A program made the translations under genes and the position numbers. The notes below the pieces were generated by a model. The model did not search any database. It worked only from the letters and a program-made list of their open reading frames with translations, and was not told where the DNA came from. A DNA stretch of 64,000 nt from Rhizobiaceae bacterium (GTDB taxonomy: Bacteria; Pseudomonadota; Alphaproteobacteria; Rhizobiales; Rhizobiaceae): NCBI GenBank assembly GCA_019635715.1, contig JAHBYY010000011.1, positions 6,904 to 70,903 of the forward strand. Direction: 5' to 3'. Of the stretch, positions 9,587 to 21,044 are shown one piece after another (within the stretch, counting starts at the first letter, position 1; every line of letters starts with the position of its first letter).

Positions 9587-10906
9587 TCAGACCGGCACCG
9601 GAACGCGGCGGACGACGGCGTCGCGCGCCGCCGGCCGGGCGTCGCCGATCGCATAGGCCGCGGCGAGGCTGCGCGCGGCTTCGGCGGCGGCCGCCTCCGA
9701 ACGCGCATGGACGAGCGCCAGCGGATCGCCGGCGCGCACTTCCGCGCCGACCGGCAGGAGCCTCGTCACGCCCACGGCATGATCGACATCGTCCTGCGGC
9801 CTGACGCGCCCGCCGCCGAGCACCACGACGGAGAGCCCGATCTCGCGGGTGGCGATCGACGCGACATAGCCGGAGCGCGGTGCCGGCACGGCGCGCTGGA
9901 CGGGGCAGGCCGGCAGGTGGGCCTCATAGCGCTCGACAAAGTCGGTCGGGCCACCCAGTCCGTGGACCATGCGCGCGAACCGCTCGGCGGCCGCGCCGCT
10001 TTCGAGCGCTTCGGTGGCCAGTCGCAGGGCCTGCGCCTGCGAGTTCGCCAGTCCGGCGAGGTGCAGCATCTCGGCGGCAAGTGCCAGCGTGACCCGCAGA
10101 AGCCGCGGCGCGCGGCGGGCGCCCGTCAGGAACTCCACCGCGTTGCGGACTTCCACCGCATTGCCGGCAGCATCGGCGAGCGGCTGATCCATGGCGGTGA
10201 TCAGCGCCGACGTCCGCAATCCGGCGCCGTTGGCGACCTCGACCAGGCTCTTGGCGAGCGCGGCGGCATCGCGGCTGCGCTCCATGAAGGCGCCGTTGCC
10301 GACCTTGACGTCGAGCACCAGCGAGCGCAGGCCGGCGGCGAGCTTCTTCGACAGGATCGACGCGGTGATCAGAGGCACGGATTCGACGGTCGCCGTCACG
10401 TCGCGGATGGCATAGAGGCGCTTGTCGGCGGGCGCCAGCGCCGCCGTCTGGCCGATGATCGCGCAGCCGACGCTGCGCACCACCTTGCGGAAGGTCGGCG
10501 TGTCGGGCTGCGTCGCGTAGCCGGGCACGGACTCCAGCTTGTCGAGCGTGCCGCCGGTGTGGCCCAGGCCACGGCCGGAGATCATCGGCACGAAACCGCC
10601 GCAGGCCGCGACGATCGGCGCCAGCATCAGCGAGACGTTGTCGCCGATGCCGCCGGTCGAATGCTTGTCGGTGACCGGGCCAGGCATGTCCGACCAATCG
10701 AGCACCTCGCCGGAATCGCGCATGGCGAGCGTGAGCGCCACGGCTTCGTCGCGCCGCATCCCGTTGAAGAAGATCGCCATGGCGAGCGCCGCCGCCTGGC
10801 CCTCGGATACCGCGCCGCTGGTCAGCCCTTCGATGAAGGCCGCGATGTCGGCGGCGGGCAGCGCGCGGCCGTCGCGCTTCTGGCGGATGATCTCCTGGGG
10901 CAGCAT
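9587..10906 (-). CDS. deoA: Thymidine phosphorylase
   Basis: [42 protein letters not shown] motifs. Confidence 0.96.
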   Translation of the reverse strand: MLPQEIIRQKRDGRALPAADIAAFIEGLTSGAVSEGQAAALAMAIFFNGMRRDEAVALTLAMRDSGEVLDWSDMPGPVTDKHSTGGIGDNVSLMLAPIVAACGGFVPMISGRGLGHTGGTLDKLESVPGYATQPDTPTFRKVVRSVGCAIIGQTAALAPADKRLYAIRDVTATVESVPLITASILSKKLAAGLRSLVLDVKVGNGAFMERSRDAAALAKSLVEVANGAGLRTSALITAMDQPLADAAGNAVEVRNAVEFLTGARRAPRLLRVTLALAAEMLHLAGLANSQAQALRLATEALESGAAAERFARMVHGLGGPTDFVERYEAHLPACPVQRAVPAPRSGYVASIATREIGLSVVVLGGGRVRPQDDVDHAVGVTRLLPVGAEVRAGDPLALVHARSEAAAAEAARSLAAAYAIGDARPAARDAVVRRVPVPV

Positions 10907-10938
10907 CTAGGACTTCCCGACAATCTGCAGGAAGGAGC

Positions 10939-11120
10939 GGCGTCCGACGTTGCCCCCCTCTGGCCTGCCGGCCATCTCCCCCTCAAGGGGGGAGATCACG
11001 CAGTTGCGTGTCTTTCGCCAAGGAAAGTCGCTGCGGATTTGGCAAAACCGATGAAGCTGCGACTCTCCCCCCGTGTGAGGGAGATGGCCGGCAGGCCAGA
11101 GGGGAGCAACGTCGGACGCC
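10939..11120. repeat. Inverted-pair palindromic intergenic element (REP/RIME-like)
   Basis: GGCGTCCGACGTTGCCCCCCTCTGGCCTGCCGGCCATCTCCC at the left end and a near-exact reverse complement ending at 11120; each arm has a CTCCCC..GGGAGA hairpin. Confidence 0.85.
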
Positions 11121-11142
11121 GACCTGTCGATCGAAGGGCGCA

Positions 11143-11943
11143 TCATTCCCAGCCCTCCTCGAACAGGCGCCGCAGGACGGTGGCGAGGCGCCGGCCGCCG
11201 AGCGGCGCCATGTCCTTGGTCTCCTCGTGGGAGAGTTCCGAGCCGGTCATGCCGGCGGCGAGATTGGTGACGACGGAGCAGGCCGCGACGCGCAGGCCGA
11301 GGAAGCGCGCCAGGATCACTTCCGGCACCGTCGACATGCCGACGGCATTTGCGCCCATGATGCGGGCCATGCGGATTTCGGCCGGCGTCTCGAAGGAAGG
11401 CCCCGAGAACCACATATAGACGCCGCGATGCAGCGGCGTGCCGGTCGCAGCGGCGGCTTTCAGCAGCGCATCGCGCAGGCGGCGGTCATAGGCCTCGGTC
11501 AGGCCGACGAAGCGTCGGTCGGTCGGCTCGCCGAACAGCGGATTGGAACCGGAGAAATTGATATGGTCGTCGATCAGCATGACCGAGCCCGGCCCCATTT
11601 CGGGATCGAGAGAACCGGCTGCATTGGTCAGCAGCAGCGTCTTGATGCCGATCCCCGCCAGGGCCTCGAGCGCCGGACGCATCGCGGCCGCGTCGCCATG
11701 TTCGTAATAGTGGGCGCGGCCGGCCAGCATCGCGACCTGCCGGCCGGCGAAGCGGCCGACCACCAGCGTGCCCGAATGTCCGGTGACGCCGCTGCGTGGA
11801 AAGCCGTCGATCTCCGCATAGGGGATGCGGATCGCATCCTCGATCTCGTCAACCAGGCCGCCCAGTCCGGAGCCGAGGATCAGCGCCGTTTCCGGCATGC
11901 GGCCGCCGAGGCGCTCGACCAGAGTCGCGACCGCGTCGTTCAT
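11143..11943 (-). CDS. punA: Purine-nucleoside phosphorylase (trimeric PNP-I/XapA type)
   Basis: LILGSGLG, GRAHYYE, TNAAGS, GPSFETPAE, VGMSTVPE, VTNLAAG motifs. Confidence 0.93.
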   Translation of the reverse strand: MNDAVATLVERLGGRMPETALILGSGLGGLVDEIEDAIRIPYAEIDGFPRSGVTGHSGTLVVGRFAGRQVAMLAGRAHYYEHGDAAAMRPALEALAGIGIKTLLLTNAAGSLDPEMGPGSVMLIDDHINFSGSNPLFGEPTDRRFVGLTEAYDRRLRDALLKAAAATGTPLHRGVYMWFSGPSFETPAEIRMARIMGANAVGMSTVPEVILARFLGLRVAACSVVTNLAAGMTGSELSHEETKDMAPLGGRRLATVLRRLFEEGWE

Positions 11944-12332
11944 CGCAGCGTCTTTCCTTCGAAGCCGAACGGGAGGAGATCGCCGACCGTCACGGTCTCC
12001 ACGACGCCCGCCTGATCGCACAGATAGAGCCGGGTGTCCGGCCCGGAGAACTCGGCGAGCCGCTGGCGGCAGCCGCCGCAGGGGGTGATGCGGTCCATGC
12101 GCTCGGCGACGACGGCGATCTCGGCGATCTCGCCGCCGCCGCCCATCACGTAGTGGCCGAGCGCGGTGGTCTCGGCACACCAGCCTTCGGGATAGGACGC
12201 TACTTCGATATTCCCGCCGGCGTAGACGCGGCCGTCCGTGGTGCGGATCGCCGCACCGACGGGAAATTTAGAATAGGGCGCATAGCATTTTGCCATGGCC
12301 TCGCGGGCCGCGAGGAAGAGGTCATGGGACAT
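11940..12332 (-). CDS. cdd: Cytidine deaminase
   Basis: YAPYSKFPVGAA, CAE and PCGGCRQ zinc motifs; ATGA overlap with punA. Confidence 0.94.
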   Translation of the reverse strand: MSHDLFLAAREAMAKCYAPYSKFPVGAAIRTTDGRVYAGGNIEVASYPEGWCAETTALGHYVMGGGGEIAEIAVVAERMDRITPCGGCRQRLAEFSGPDTRLYLCDQAGVVETVTVGDLLPFGFEGKTLR

Positions 12333-12343
12333 GGAGGAACACC

Positions 12344-12457
12344 GCGGCAGTCGGCAGTCGGCAGTCGGCAGTCGGTCGAAGACGGCGTTGCCGTAACCGA
12401 CGAGCAGGCCGTAGCGGTTGTAAATCCGACTGCCGACTGCCGACTGCCGATTGCCGC
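12344..12457. repeat. Inverted heptamer tandem repeats (GGCAGTC)x4 ... (GACTGCC)x4
   Basis: Directly visible tandem 7-mers in opposite orientation around a ~50 bp spacer. Confidence 0.9.
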
Positions 12458-12460
12458 ATG

Positions 12461-13432
12461 CTATCGCTCCTTCACATAGGGCACGCCCCCGGCGCGCGGC
12501 GGGATGGCCTTGCCGATGAAGCCGGCGAGCAGGATGACGGTCAGCACGAACGGCAGGGCGTTGATGAACTGCACCGGCACCTTGCCGATGACCGGCCACG
12601 CCATGCCCTGGAAGCGGATCGACGCGGCATCGAGGAAGCCGAAAAGCAGGCAGGCGAACATCGCCGGCACGGGCTTCCACTTGGCGAAGATCAGGGCGGC
12701 CAGCGCGATGTAGCCCTTGCCGGCCGTCATGTCCTTCACGAAGCCGGCATTCTGGGCAACGGAGAGATAGGCACCAGCGATGCCGGTCAGCACGCCGGTG
12801 AGGATCACCGCGCGGTAGCGCAGCCAGGTCACCGAAATGCCCGCCGTGTCGACCGCCGCCGGGTTCTCGCCGACGGCGCGCAGCCGCAGCCCGAAGCGGG
12901 TACGGTAGAGCACCCACCAGGTCAGCGGCACCATGAGGAAGGCGACGTAGACCAGGATGGAGTGGCCGGAGATCAGCTCCGAATAGATCAGGCCGATCAC
13001 AGGAACCTCGCGCAGCGCCTCGGCGCCGGGCAGGGTGATCGCCTCGAAGCGCGCCGGGCCGGCCAGCGACGGGGTGCGGCCGCCCTGGCGGAACCAGGCC
13101 TGGCCGAGGATGATGGTCGAGCCGGCGACGACGAAGTTGATGGCGACGCCCGAGACGATCTGGTTGCCGCGATGGGTGATCGAGGCGAAGCCGTGGACGA
13201 GGCCGAGGAAGACGGCCGCCAGGATCGCCGTCAAAAGGCCGATCCACGCCGAGCCGGTGACGGCGGCGGCGGAGGCGCCGGCAAAGGCGCCGGCCAGCAT
13301 CTTGCCTTCCAGGCCGATGTCGAAAATGCCGGCACGCTCCGAATAGAGGCCGGCCAGACAGGCGAGCAGCAGCGGCACGGAGACGCGAATGGTCGCGTCT
13401 AGAAGCTGGACGAGGGCGTCGAGAAAGGCCAT
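12461..13432 (-). CDS. Nucleoside ABC transporter permease
   Basis: SERAGIFDIGLEG, GLRLRAVGENP, GKGYIALAALIF motifs. Confidence 0.88.
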   Translation of the reverse strand: MAFLDALVQLLDATIRVSVPLLLACLAGLYSERAGIFDIGLEGKMLAGAFAGASAAAVTGSAWIGLLTAILAAVFLGLVHGFASITHRGNQIVSGVAINFVVAGSTIILGQAWFRQGGRTPSLAGPARFEAITLPGAEALREVPVIGLIYSELISGHSILVYVAFLMVPLTWWVLYRTRFGLRLRAVGENPAAVDTAGISVTWLRYRAVILTGVLTGIAGAYLSVAQNAGFVKDMTAGKGYIALAALIFAKWKPVPAMFACLLFGFLDAASIRFQGMAWPVIGKVPVQFINALPFVLTVILLAGFIGKAIPPRAGGVPYVKER

Positions 13433-14571
13433 CAGGCGCCCTCCCCCTTCGCCGCAGGCACGCCCATCGAGCGCGGGCTGATCGAGGCGAACAGAGTCTG
13501 GACCGCCGGCCGGAACATGTGTTCGAGCGCGCCGGCGAAGAGGATCACCAGGCCCTGGATGATGACGATCATGTCGCGCGAGATGTTCGGCATCTCGAAG
13601 GCCAGTTCCGCCCCGCCCTGGTAGAGCGCGCCGAAGAGGATCGCCGCCGGGACGATGCCGAAGGGATGCGAGCGGCCCATCAGCGCCACGGCGATGCCGA
13701 CGAAGCCGGCGCCGGCGACGAAGTCGAGCGTCATGTGGTGCTGGTCGCCCATGATCGGGTTCATCGCCATCATCCCGGCCAGACCGCCCGAGATCATCAT
13801 GGTGACGATGATCATGCGGCTCTCCGAAATGCCGGCATAGCGCGCCGCCTTCGGGCTGAAGCCGTAGGTGCGCATCTCGTAGCCGAGCCTGGTGCGCCAG
13901 ATCAGCACCCAGACGAGGAAGGCCATGACCAGCGCCAGCAGGAAGGACAGGTTCAGCGGCGCCGAGCGCACCGAAAGGCCGAGCGCCTCGAGCATCCACT
14001 TCAGCTTGGGAAGCTGCGCGCCTTCGAGGAAATCGCGGGTCTGCGGCGCCATGGAGCCGGCCGGCTTGAGCACGTCGACCAGCAGGTAGACCATGACGCT
14101 GGCGGCGATGAAATTGAACATGATCGTGGTGATGACGATGTGCGAGCCGCGCTTGGCCTGCAGATAGGCGGGGATCAGCGCCCACAGCGCTCCCATCGCC
14201 GCGGCGGCCAGTATGGCGAGCGGGAAGGTCAGCCACCACGGCAGCACGGCGTCGAAGCTCAGGCAGACCACCACCACGCCGAGGCCGGCGATGTAGGCCT
14301 GCCCCTCGCCGCCGATGTTGAAGAGACCGCAGTGAAAGGCCACCGCGACGGCCAGCCCGGTGAAGATGAAATTGGTGGCGTAGAAGAGCGTGTAGGCGAT
14401 GTTCTGTCCCGAGCCGAACGCCCCCTTGACCAGAATTCCCGCGGCATCGAGCGGATTCTCGCCGACCAGAAGCACGACGACGCCGGCGACGAGGAAGGCG
14501 ACGACCAGGTTGACGACCGGGATCAGGCCGTAGTCGGCCCAGCGCGGAAGCTTGGCGAAGGGCGTGCTCAT
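13432..14571 (-). CDS. Nucleoside ABC transporter permease
   Basis: GLFNIGGEGQ, ITTIMFNFIA, GIAVALMG motifs. Confidence 0.88.
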   Translation of the reverse strand: MSTPFAKLPRWADYGLIPVVNLVVAFLVAGVVVLLVGENPLDAAGILVKGAFGSGQNIAYTLFYATNFIFTGLAVAVAFHCGLFNIGGEGQAYIAGLGVVVVCLSFDAVLPWWLTFPLAILAAAAMGALWALIPAYLQAKRGSHIVITTIMFNFIAASVMVYLLVDVLKPAGSMAPQTRDFLEGAQLPKLKWMLEALGLSVRSAPLNLSFLLALVMAFLVWVLIWRTRLGYEMRTYGFSPKAARYAGISESRMIIVTMMISGGLAGMMAMNPIMGDQHHMTLDFVAGAGFVGIAVALMGRSHPFGIVPAAILFGALYQGGAELAFEMPNISRDMIVIIQGLVILFAGALEHMFRPAVQTLFASISPRSMGVPAAKGEGA

Positions 14572-16097
14572 GCGGCCTCCTGCTTCACCACGCCGGCCAT
14601 CAGCAGGCCGAGCTCGCCTTCGGAAGCTTCCGGACCGCGCTCGCCGACGACGCGCCCGGCGAACATGACGAGGATGCGGTCGGACAGGGAGCGGATTTCG
14701 TCGAGCTCGACGGAAATGAGCAGCACCGCCTTGCCGGCGTCGCGCATGGCGATCAGGCGCTTGTGGATGAATTCGATGGCGCCGACATCGACGCCGCGCG
14801 TCGGCTGGCCGACGACCAGAACGCCGGGATCTTGTTCCATTTCACGCGCGAGCACGATCTTCTGCTGGTTGCCGCCGGAAAAATTCGCCGTCCTCAGCCG
14901 GTCGTTGGGCGGCCTGATGTCGTATTTTTCGATCTTGTCACGCGCATCGGCGTGGATCGCCTCGACGTCGAGGAGCGGGCCTTTCAGGAACTGCGGCTTG
15001 TCGTGATAGCCGAGAATGGAATTCTCGGCCTCTTCGAAGGCCAGCACGAGGCCGACATGATGGCGGTCCTCCGGCACATGCGCGAGACCACGGTCGCGCA
15101 GATCGCCCGGGTCGGCATGACCGGTGACGTCGATCGCCTTCCCGTCGAGCATGACGGCGCCCGACTGGGCACGCCGCGTCCCGGCGATGGCCTCGATCAG
15201 TTCCGACTGGCCGTTGCCGGCGACGCCCGCGATGCCGACGATCTCGCCGGCGCGCACCTCAAAGGAGACGTTGTCGACCATGACGACGCCGCGCTGGTCC
15301 CTGACGGTCAGGCCGCTGACCGCAAGCTTGACCGGTCCGGGGCTGGCCTTGCCTTTCTCGACATGCAGCAGGACGCGGCGGCCGACCATCAGTTCGGCGA
15401 GTTCCTCGACCGTCGTCTCGGCGGTTCGCCGTGTCGCCACCATCGTGCCCTGGCGCATCACGGAGACCGTGTCGGTGACCGCCATGATCTCGCGCAGCTT
15501 GTGGGTGATCAGCACGACCGTCTTGCCCTGGTCCTTGAGCATGCGCAGGATGCGGAACAGGTGGTCGGCTTCGGCCGGGGTCAGCACGCCCGTCGGCTCG
15601 TCGAGGATCAGGATCTCGGCGCCCCGGTACAATGCCTTGAGGATCTCGACCCGCTGCTGCAGGCCGACGGCCAGGTCTTCGATCACCGCATCGGGATCGA
15701 CGTCGAGGCCGTATTCGCGCTCCAGGCGCTGCAGTTCCGATCGGGCCTTGCCGATCGACCGCTTGAGCAGCGGCTCGCCTTCGGCGCCGAGGATGATGTT
15801 CTCGACCACCGTGAAGTTCTCGACCAGCATGAAATGCTGGTGGACCATGCCGATGCCGCCGGCGATGGCGTCGTTCGGGGTGCGGATCGACGCCGTCTTG
15901 CCGCCGATCCTGATCTCGCCGCTGTCGGCCTGGTAAAAGCCGTAGAGAATCGACATCAGCGTCGACTTGCCGGCACCGTTCTCGCCGATGATGCCGTGGA
16001 TGGTGCCGCGCTCGACCTCCAGATTGATGTCGCGATTGGCGCGCACCGTACCGAAGCTCTTGTTGATGCCAATGAGCTCGATCGCCGGCCCAGCCAT
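14568..16097 (-). CDS. Nucleoside/sugar ABC transporter ATP-binding protein (two ATPase domains)
   Basis: GENGAGKST, ILDEPT, SGGNQQK, PTRGVDVGA motifs. Confidence 0.92.
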   Translation of the reverse strand: MAGPAIELIGINKSFGTVRANRDINLEVERGTIHGIIGENGAGKSTLMSILYGFYQADSGEIRIGGKTASIRTPNDAIAGGIGMVHQHFMLVENFTVVENIILGAEGEPLLKRSIGKARSELQRLEREYGLDVDPDAVIEDLAVGLQQRVEILKALYRGAEILILDEPTGVLTPAEADHLFRILRMLKDQGKTVVLITHKLREIMAVTDTVSVMRQGTMVATRRTAETTVEELAELMVGRRVLLHVEKGKASPGPVKLAVSGLTVRDQRGVVMVDNVSFEVRAGEIVGIAGVAGNGQSELIEAIAGTRRAQSGAVMLDGKAIDVTGHADPGDLRDRGLAHVPEDRHHVGLVLAFEEAENSILGYHDKPQFLKGPLLDVEAIHADARDKIEKYDIRPPNDRLRTANFSGGNQQKIVLAREMEQDPGVLVVGQPTRGVDVGAIEFIHKRLIAMRDAGKAVLLISVELDEIRSLSDRILVMFAGRVVGERGPEASEGELGLLMAGVVKQEAA

Positions 16098-16235
16098 CCA
16101 GATGTCCCGCTCTGTGATTTTTTATCGTTTGGTCAGAATGGCTAGCACGGGGATCGGCACCCTGCAATTGCGGGCGAGCCGTGCTAAGCACCGTGGCTGT
16201 CGATCTCTCATCAATGGTGCAAGGAGCGCACTGAC

Positions 16236-16445
16236 ATGGTCATGCCTGCCGACCGGCTGACGACGCTGGAGATCCGCGCCGCCGAGCAGGAACGGGTGAT
16301 CGAGGAACTGTCGGCCCAGATCGCCGAGCAATGGCAGACGATCGACAGGCTGCAGAAGAAGCTCGACATGCTGACCGAGCGGTTCCTGACGCTTGAAGAA
16401 GCTTCACGCCCGGACATCCCGGTCACCCGGCCGCCGCACTGGTGA
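16236..16445 (+). CDS. slyX: SlyX family protein
   Basis: RLTTLEIRAAEQERVIEELS coiled coil and C-terminal PPHW. Confidence 0.88.
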   Translation: MVMPADRLTTLEIRAAEQERVIEELSAQIAEQWQTIDRLQKKLDMLTERFLTLEEASRPDIPVTRPPHW

Positions 16446-16495
16446 TACCGGCGGCTGCAAGCCTTGAACGTTCGTGCTGCCCGTCCTTCGGACCA

Positions 16496-16646
16496 CCCTG
16501 CCGGGCACTTCTCCCCGCTCAACGGGAAGAAGGCCGGCCGCTATCACCGCGGCTGTTCCGCAATGTCGACAATTGGCGCGATCAATGAACGACAGCGTCT
16601 CTCTTCCCGCTCGCGGGGAGAGATGCCCGGCAGGGCAGTGAGGGGC
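16496..16646. repeat. Inverted-pair palindromic intergenic element (REP/RIME-like)
   Basis: CCCTGCCGGGCACTTCTCCCCGCTCAACGGGAAGA ... TCTTCCCGCTCGCGGGGAGAGATGCCCGGCAGGG between the convergent slyX and trmB. Confidence 0.75.
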
Positions 16647-16699
16647 TGCACAAACGGTGAAACGTCGATGCATGCCGTCGGCATAGCCACTTTACGGGT

Positions 16700-17410
16700 T
16701 TACTGCCCTGACGGCAGCCGCAGGAAGCGCAGATAGGCCGGCTGGCGGCCTTCGCGGATCGCCTTCGCCTCGTAGCGGGTGCCCGGCCAGCCCTCATAGG
16801 GCTGCTGCCAGTCTTCCGGGCCGCGCGCCAGCCACTCGAAGGACGGGTGGGCTTTGCAGTGAAGCAGCGTCCAGTTGACGTAGGTATCGACGTCGGAGGC
16901 GAAGCGGAACATGCCGCCCGGCTTCAGCACGCGGGCGATGCGGTCGAGATTGGCCCGGCTGACGAAGCGGCGTTTCCAGTGGCGCTTCTTCGGCCAGGGG
17001 TCGGGATAGAACAGGTCGAGCCGGTCCAGGCCAGCCGTCGGAAGCCAGTCCAGCACCGGAAGCGCGTCGTCGTCGTGGATGCGCAGGTTCGGCAGCGGCG
17101 CGTCGGCGAGCCGTGCCGTCAGCTTGGCCATGCCGTTGACGAAGGGCTCGACGCCGATGAAGCCGGTGGACGGATTGGCTTTCGCGTCGTCGAGCAGCCG
17201 CTCTCCGCCGCCGAAGCCGATCTCCAGGCAGACCGAGGTGACGGGGGTCGCAAAGAGCATGGCCGGCGACGCGGGAGCGTCTCCGGCCATGTCGAGACGG
17301 TAGCGTTCAAGTCCGGCGGCGAGCGCGTCCGCCTGATAGGGGCGGATGGCCTTGCCTCTACGGCGACCGAAGAAACCCTCGGTCGCCCGGCGGCCGCCCG
17401 GCGCGCTCAC
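16700..17410 (-). CDS. trmB: tRNA (guanine-N7)-methyltransferase
   Basis: [38 protein letters not shown] motifs; GTG start inferred. Confidence 0.93.
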   Translation of the reverse strand: MSAPGGRRATEGFFGRRRGKAIRPYQADALAAGLERYRLDMAGDAPASPAMLFATPVTSVCLEIGFGGGERLLDDAKANPSTGFIGVEPFVNGMAKLTARLADAPLPNLRIHDDDALPVLDWLPTAGLDRLDLFYPDPWPKKRHWKRRFVSRANLDRIARVLKPGGMFRFASDVDTYVNWTLLHCKAHPSFEWLARGPEDWQQPYEGWPGTRYEAKAIREGRQPAYLRFLRLPSGQ

Positions 17411-17424
17411 GGGAGCCTCCTGGA

Positions 17425-18666
<1,242 letters not shown>

Positions 18667-18888
18667 GGGTGTCCCCTCTTGAAAGGATGGTCTGAGCCTC
18701 TCGCTCTGAGGCAGAGACCGTTACCGAGACGGACAGCCGTGCGTCAAGTGAGCAAATGCAGCAAAAATGGCAGGTTCCTGCGCCAAGCCGACTTTTCGGA
18801 TGGCACTGCCACACCGGAAAAACGCCCCAAGGCAGCATGTCTCCCCAAGCGCCGCTGCCGCGCCGGCAAAGATTTGCCGGCGAATCGA

Positions 18889-19302
18889 TCAGTCGTCATC
18901 GACCGCCGCGAGCGCCTTGACCAGTTCGATGACCTTGCGGCGCACTTTCAGGTCGCCGATCTTGACGAAGGCGCGATTGAGCTGGAGCCCTTCGGTACTG
19001 GTGCAGAACTCGATGGCGAAGCTGCTCGCCGGAGCTTCGGCAAAGCCCCTGTTGCCGGAAGATTCGGCGCCGGGGGCGTCTTCGAACAGAAACGATACGG
19101 GCACCTGCAGGATCTCGGCGATCGCCTGGAGGCGGCTGGCTCCGACCCTGTTCGTGCCCTTCTCGTATTTCTGGATCTGCTGAAAGGTGATGCCGAGCAT
19201 CTCCCCAAGCTTCTCCTGGCTCATGCCCAGCATATTTCTCCGGAGCCGGATGCGGCTTCCAACATGCACATCCGTCGGGTTTGGCTTCTTCTTGTTCTCC
19301 AT
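18889..19302 (-). CDS. phrR: XRE-family transcriptional regulator (PhrR/PraR-like)
   Basis: PNPTDVHVGSRIRLRR...ITFQQIQKYEKGTNRVGASRL; sits in the rhizobial lnt(actA)-phrR-metK order. Confidence 0.8.
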   Translation of the reverse strand: MENKKKPNPTDVHVGSRIRLRRNMLGMSQEKLGEMLGITFQQIQKYEKGTNRVGASRLQAIAEILQVPVSFLFEDAPGAESSGNRGFAEAPASSFAIEFCTSTEGLQLNRAFVKIGDLKVRRKVIELVKALAAVDDD

Positions 19303-19397
19303 GGTGGCTGCTTTCCCTTGCCGGCGTCCGGCTGCTCTAAGATGGCGTCGGTGCTGTCTCCCTGTTCAAAGTTGACCCGACCTCGACCACCTTCCCC

Positions 19398-20981
19398 TCA
19401 ATTGCGCAGCGCGCGCCTCAGCAGCGCGCCGGCTAGAGCGACAAACCCGAACAGACCGACAATCGCCAGTCCGACCGTCTGGTATGGTATACGCAGCGTT
19501 TGCGCGGCCTCCCCCACGGAAACCCTGAAATCCAACTGTGAACGGACGTTCAATGCAAAGGCGTCGATGATGCGGCCGCGCGCGTCGACGCCACCGGAAA
19601 TCCCCGAGTTTGCCGCTCGCATGACGGGCACACCTGTTTCAACGGCCCTGATCTGCGCTTGACGAAAATGCTGATACGGGCCCGGCGAATTTCCAAACCA
19701 TGCGTCGTTCGTCACGTTCACAATAATATCTCCTGCCGCAACGTCAACTGCAACCTCTGCGGGAAAAATGATCTCGTAGCAGATGAACGGAACGGCACGG
19801 AGCCCGCCGGGCACGACGATCGGCCTGCGGTGGGCACCCGGCTCGAAATTCATCGGCCCGGCGACCAACTGGGTCAGACCGAGCCGCTCGAGGATCGGCG
19901 CGAAGGGAAGATATTCCCCGAACGGAACGAGGTGGACCTTGTCGAACGCATCGGCGATTTCGCCGCCGGCATCAATGGCGACGATCGAATTGTAGTAGAC
20001 CGCGTCGGCTCCGGCGCCTTCGGCGCGAACCGCCCCGGCCAGCAGCATCTGGCCGTCCGTCAGGAGCGCGCCGATGGCGGCCAGCGCGTCGGGACGTTCG
20101 GTGAAGAGAAACGGGACCGACGTCTCCGGCCAGATGATCAACTGCGGCTTCGGCTGCCCGGCTGCCGGCGGTGCGGCCGTCATGTCCATGAGCTCGCTGA
20201 AGATGCGATCCTCCTCGGCCCTGTCCCACTTTGCGTCCATGGCGACGGAAGGCTGCACGATCCGCACTGAGAGCGACTTGGAACTCTCGACTTCAGGTTG
20301 TGAAAGCCGCCAATACCCGAAGCCGACATGAAGAAGGCAAAGCAGGGCGGCGAGCAAAATTCCTGTACGCCGTACACCTTCCCGCCCAAGCAGGGCCGGC
20401 GCCGCGAAGACGAAGACGGCCAGCACGTTCATGCCGGTGAGGCCGACGACGGAGGCGCTCTGCATGAGGATCGGCATCGGCATCGCCGCATAGCCCACGG
20501 CATTCCACGGAAAGCCGGTGAGAACGGTTTCGCGCAGCCATTCGGCGAGGCCGAAGCCGAAGGCGATGGCGAATATGCTGGCAAGGCCGCGGCCCCACAG
20601 CAGCCGGGCCAGCACCGTCGCGACGCCGTAGAAGACAGCGAGCACCGCCGGGACGCCGACGACGGCGAAGGGCAGCGCCCAGGCGAAGCTGTCGGCCTCG
20701 ACCAGCAGGGCGTTGCCGATCCACCAGAGACCGGCGAGGAAATAGCCGAGACCGAACCACCAGCCGACCATGAAGGGCGGCGAGACGCGGCGCAGCAGGC
20801 CGCCGGAGGCCGGGGCGGTGACGCCGTCGAGCAGCCAGACGAGGACGGGAAAGGAGACGAATCCGACGGCGAAGAAATCGTAGGGGGCCTGGGCCAGGAC
20901 CAGCAGCGCCCCGGCGGCGAAGGCGGCAGCCGCGCGCTGCCAGCCCCACAACAAGATGATCCGCCCAGCAAGGCGCTCCAT
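19398..20981 (-). CDS. lnt: Apolipoprotein N-acyltransferase
   Basis: [41 protein letters not shown] motifs. Confidence 0.95.
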   Translation of the reverse strand: MERLAGRIILLWGWQRAAAAFAAGALLVLAQAPYDFFAVGFVSFPVLVWLLDGVTAPASGGLLRRVSPPFMVGWWFGLGYFLAGLWWIGNALLVEADSFAWALPFAVVGVPAVLAVFYGVATVLARLLWGRGLASIFAIAFGFGLAEWLRETVLTGFPWNAVGYAAMPMPILMQSASVVGLTGMNVLAVFVFAAPALLGREGVRRTGILLAALLCLLHVGFGYWRLSQPEVESSKSLSVRIVQPSVAMDAKWDRAEEDRIFSELMDMTAAPPAAGQPKPQLIIWPETSVPFLFTERPDALAAIGALLTDGQMLLAGAVRAEGAGADAVYYNSIVAIDAGGEIADAFDKVHLVPFGEYLPFAPILERLGLTQLVAGPMNFEPGAHRRPIVVPGGLRAVPFICYEIIFPAEVAVDVAAGDIIVNVTNDAWFGNSPGPYQHFRQAQIRAVETGVPVMRAANSGISGGVDARGRIIDAFALNVRSQLDFRVSVGEAAQTLRIPYQTVGLAIVGLFGFVALAGALLRRALRN

Positions 20982-21044
20982 ACGTCTCCCCCGTCGCGAA
21001 TCAGGCATCCAGATTAGCCAGCCGCGGCACCATACGCGAACGGA

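Noticed and set aside
12344-12457. Possible CRISPR array
   Set aside because: 7-bp tandem units with no unique spacers between them, and no cas genes.
18667-18888. Possible SAM riboswitch upstream of metK
   Set aside because: I could not recognise SAM-II or SAM-SAH consensus elements by eye; an Rfam/Infernal scan would decide.
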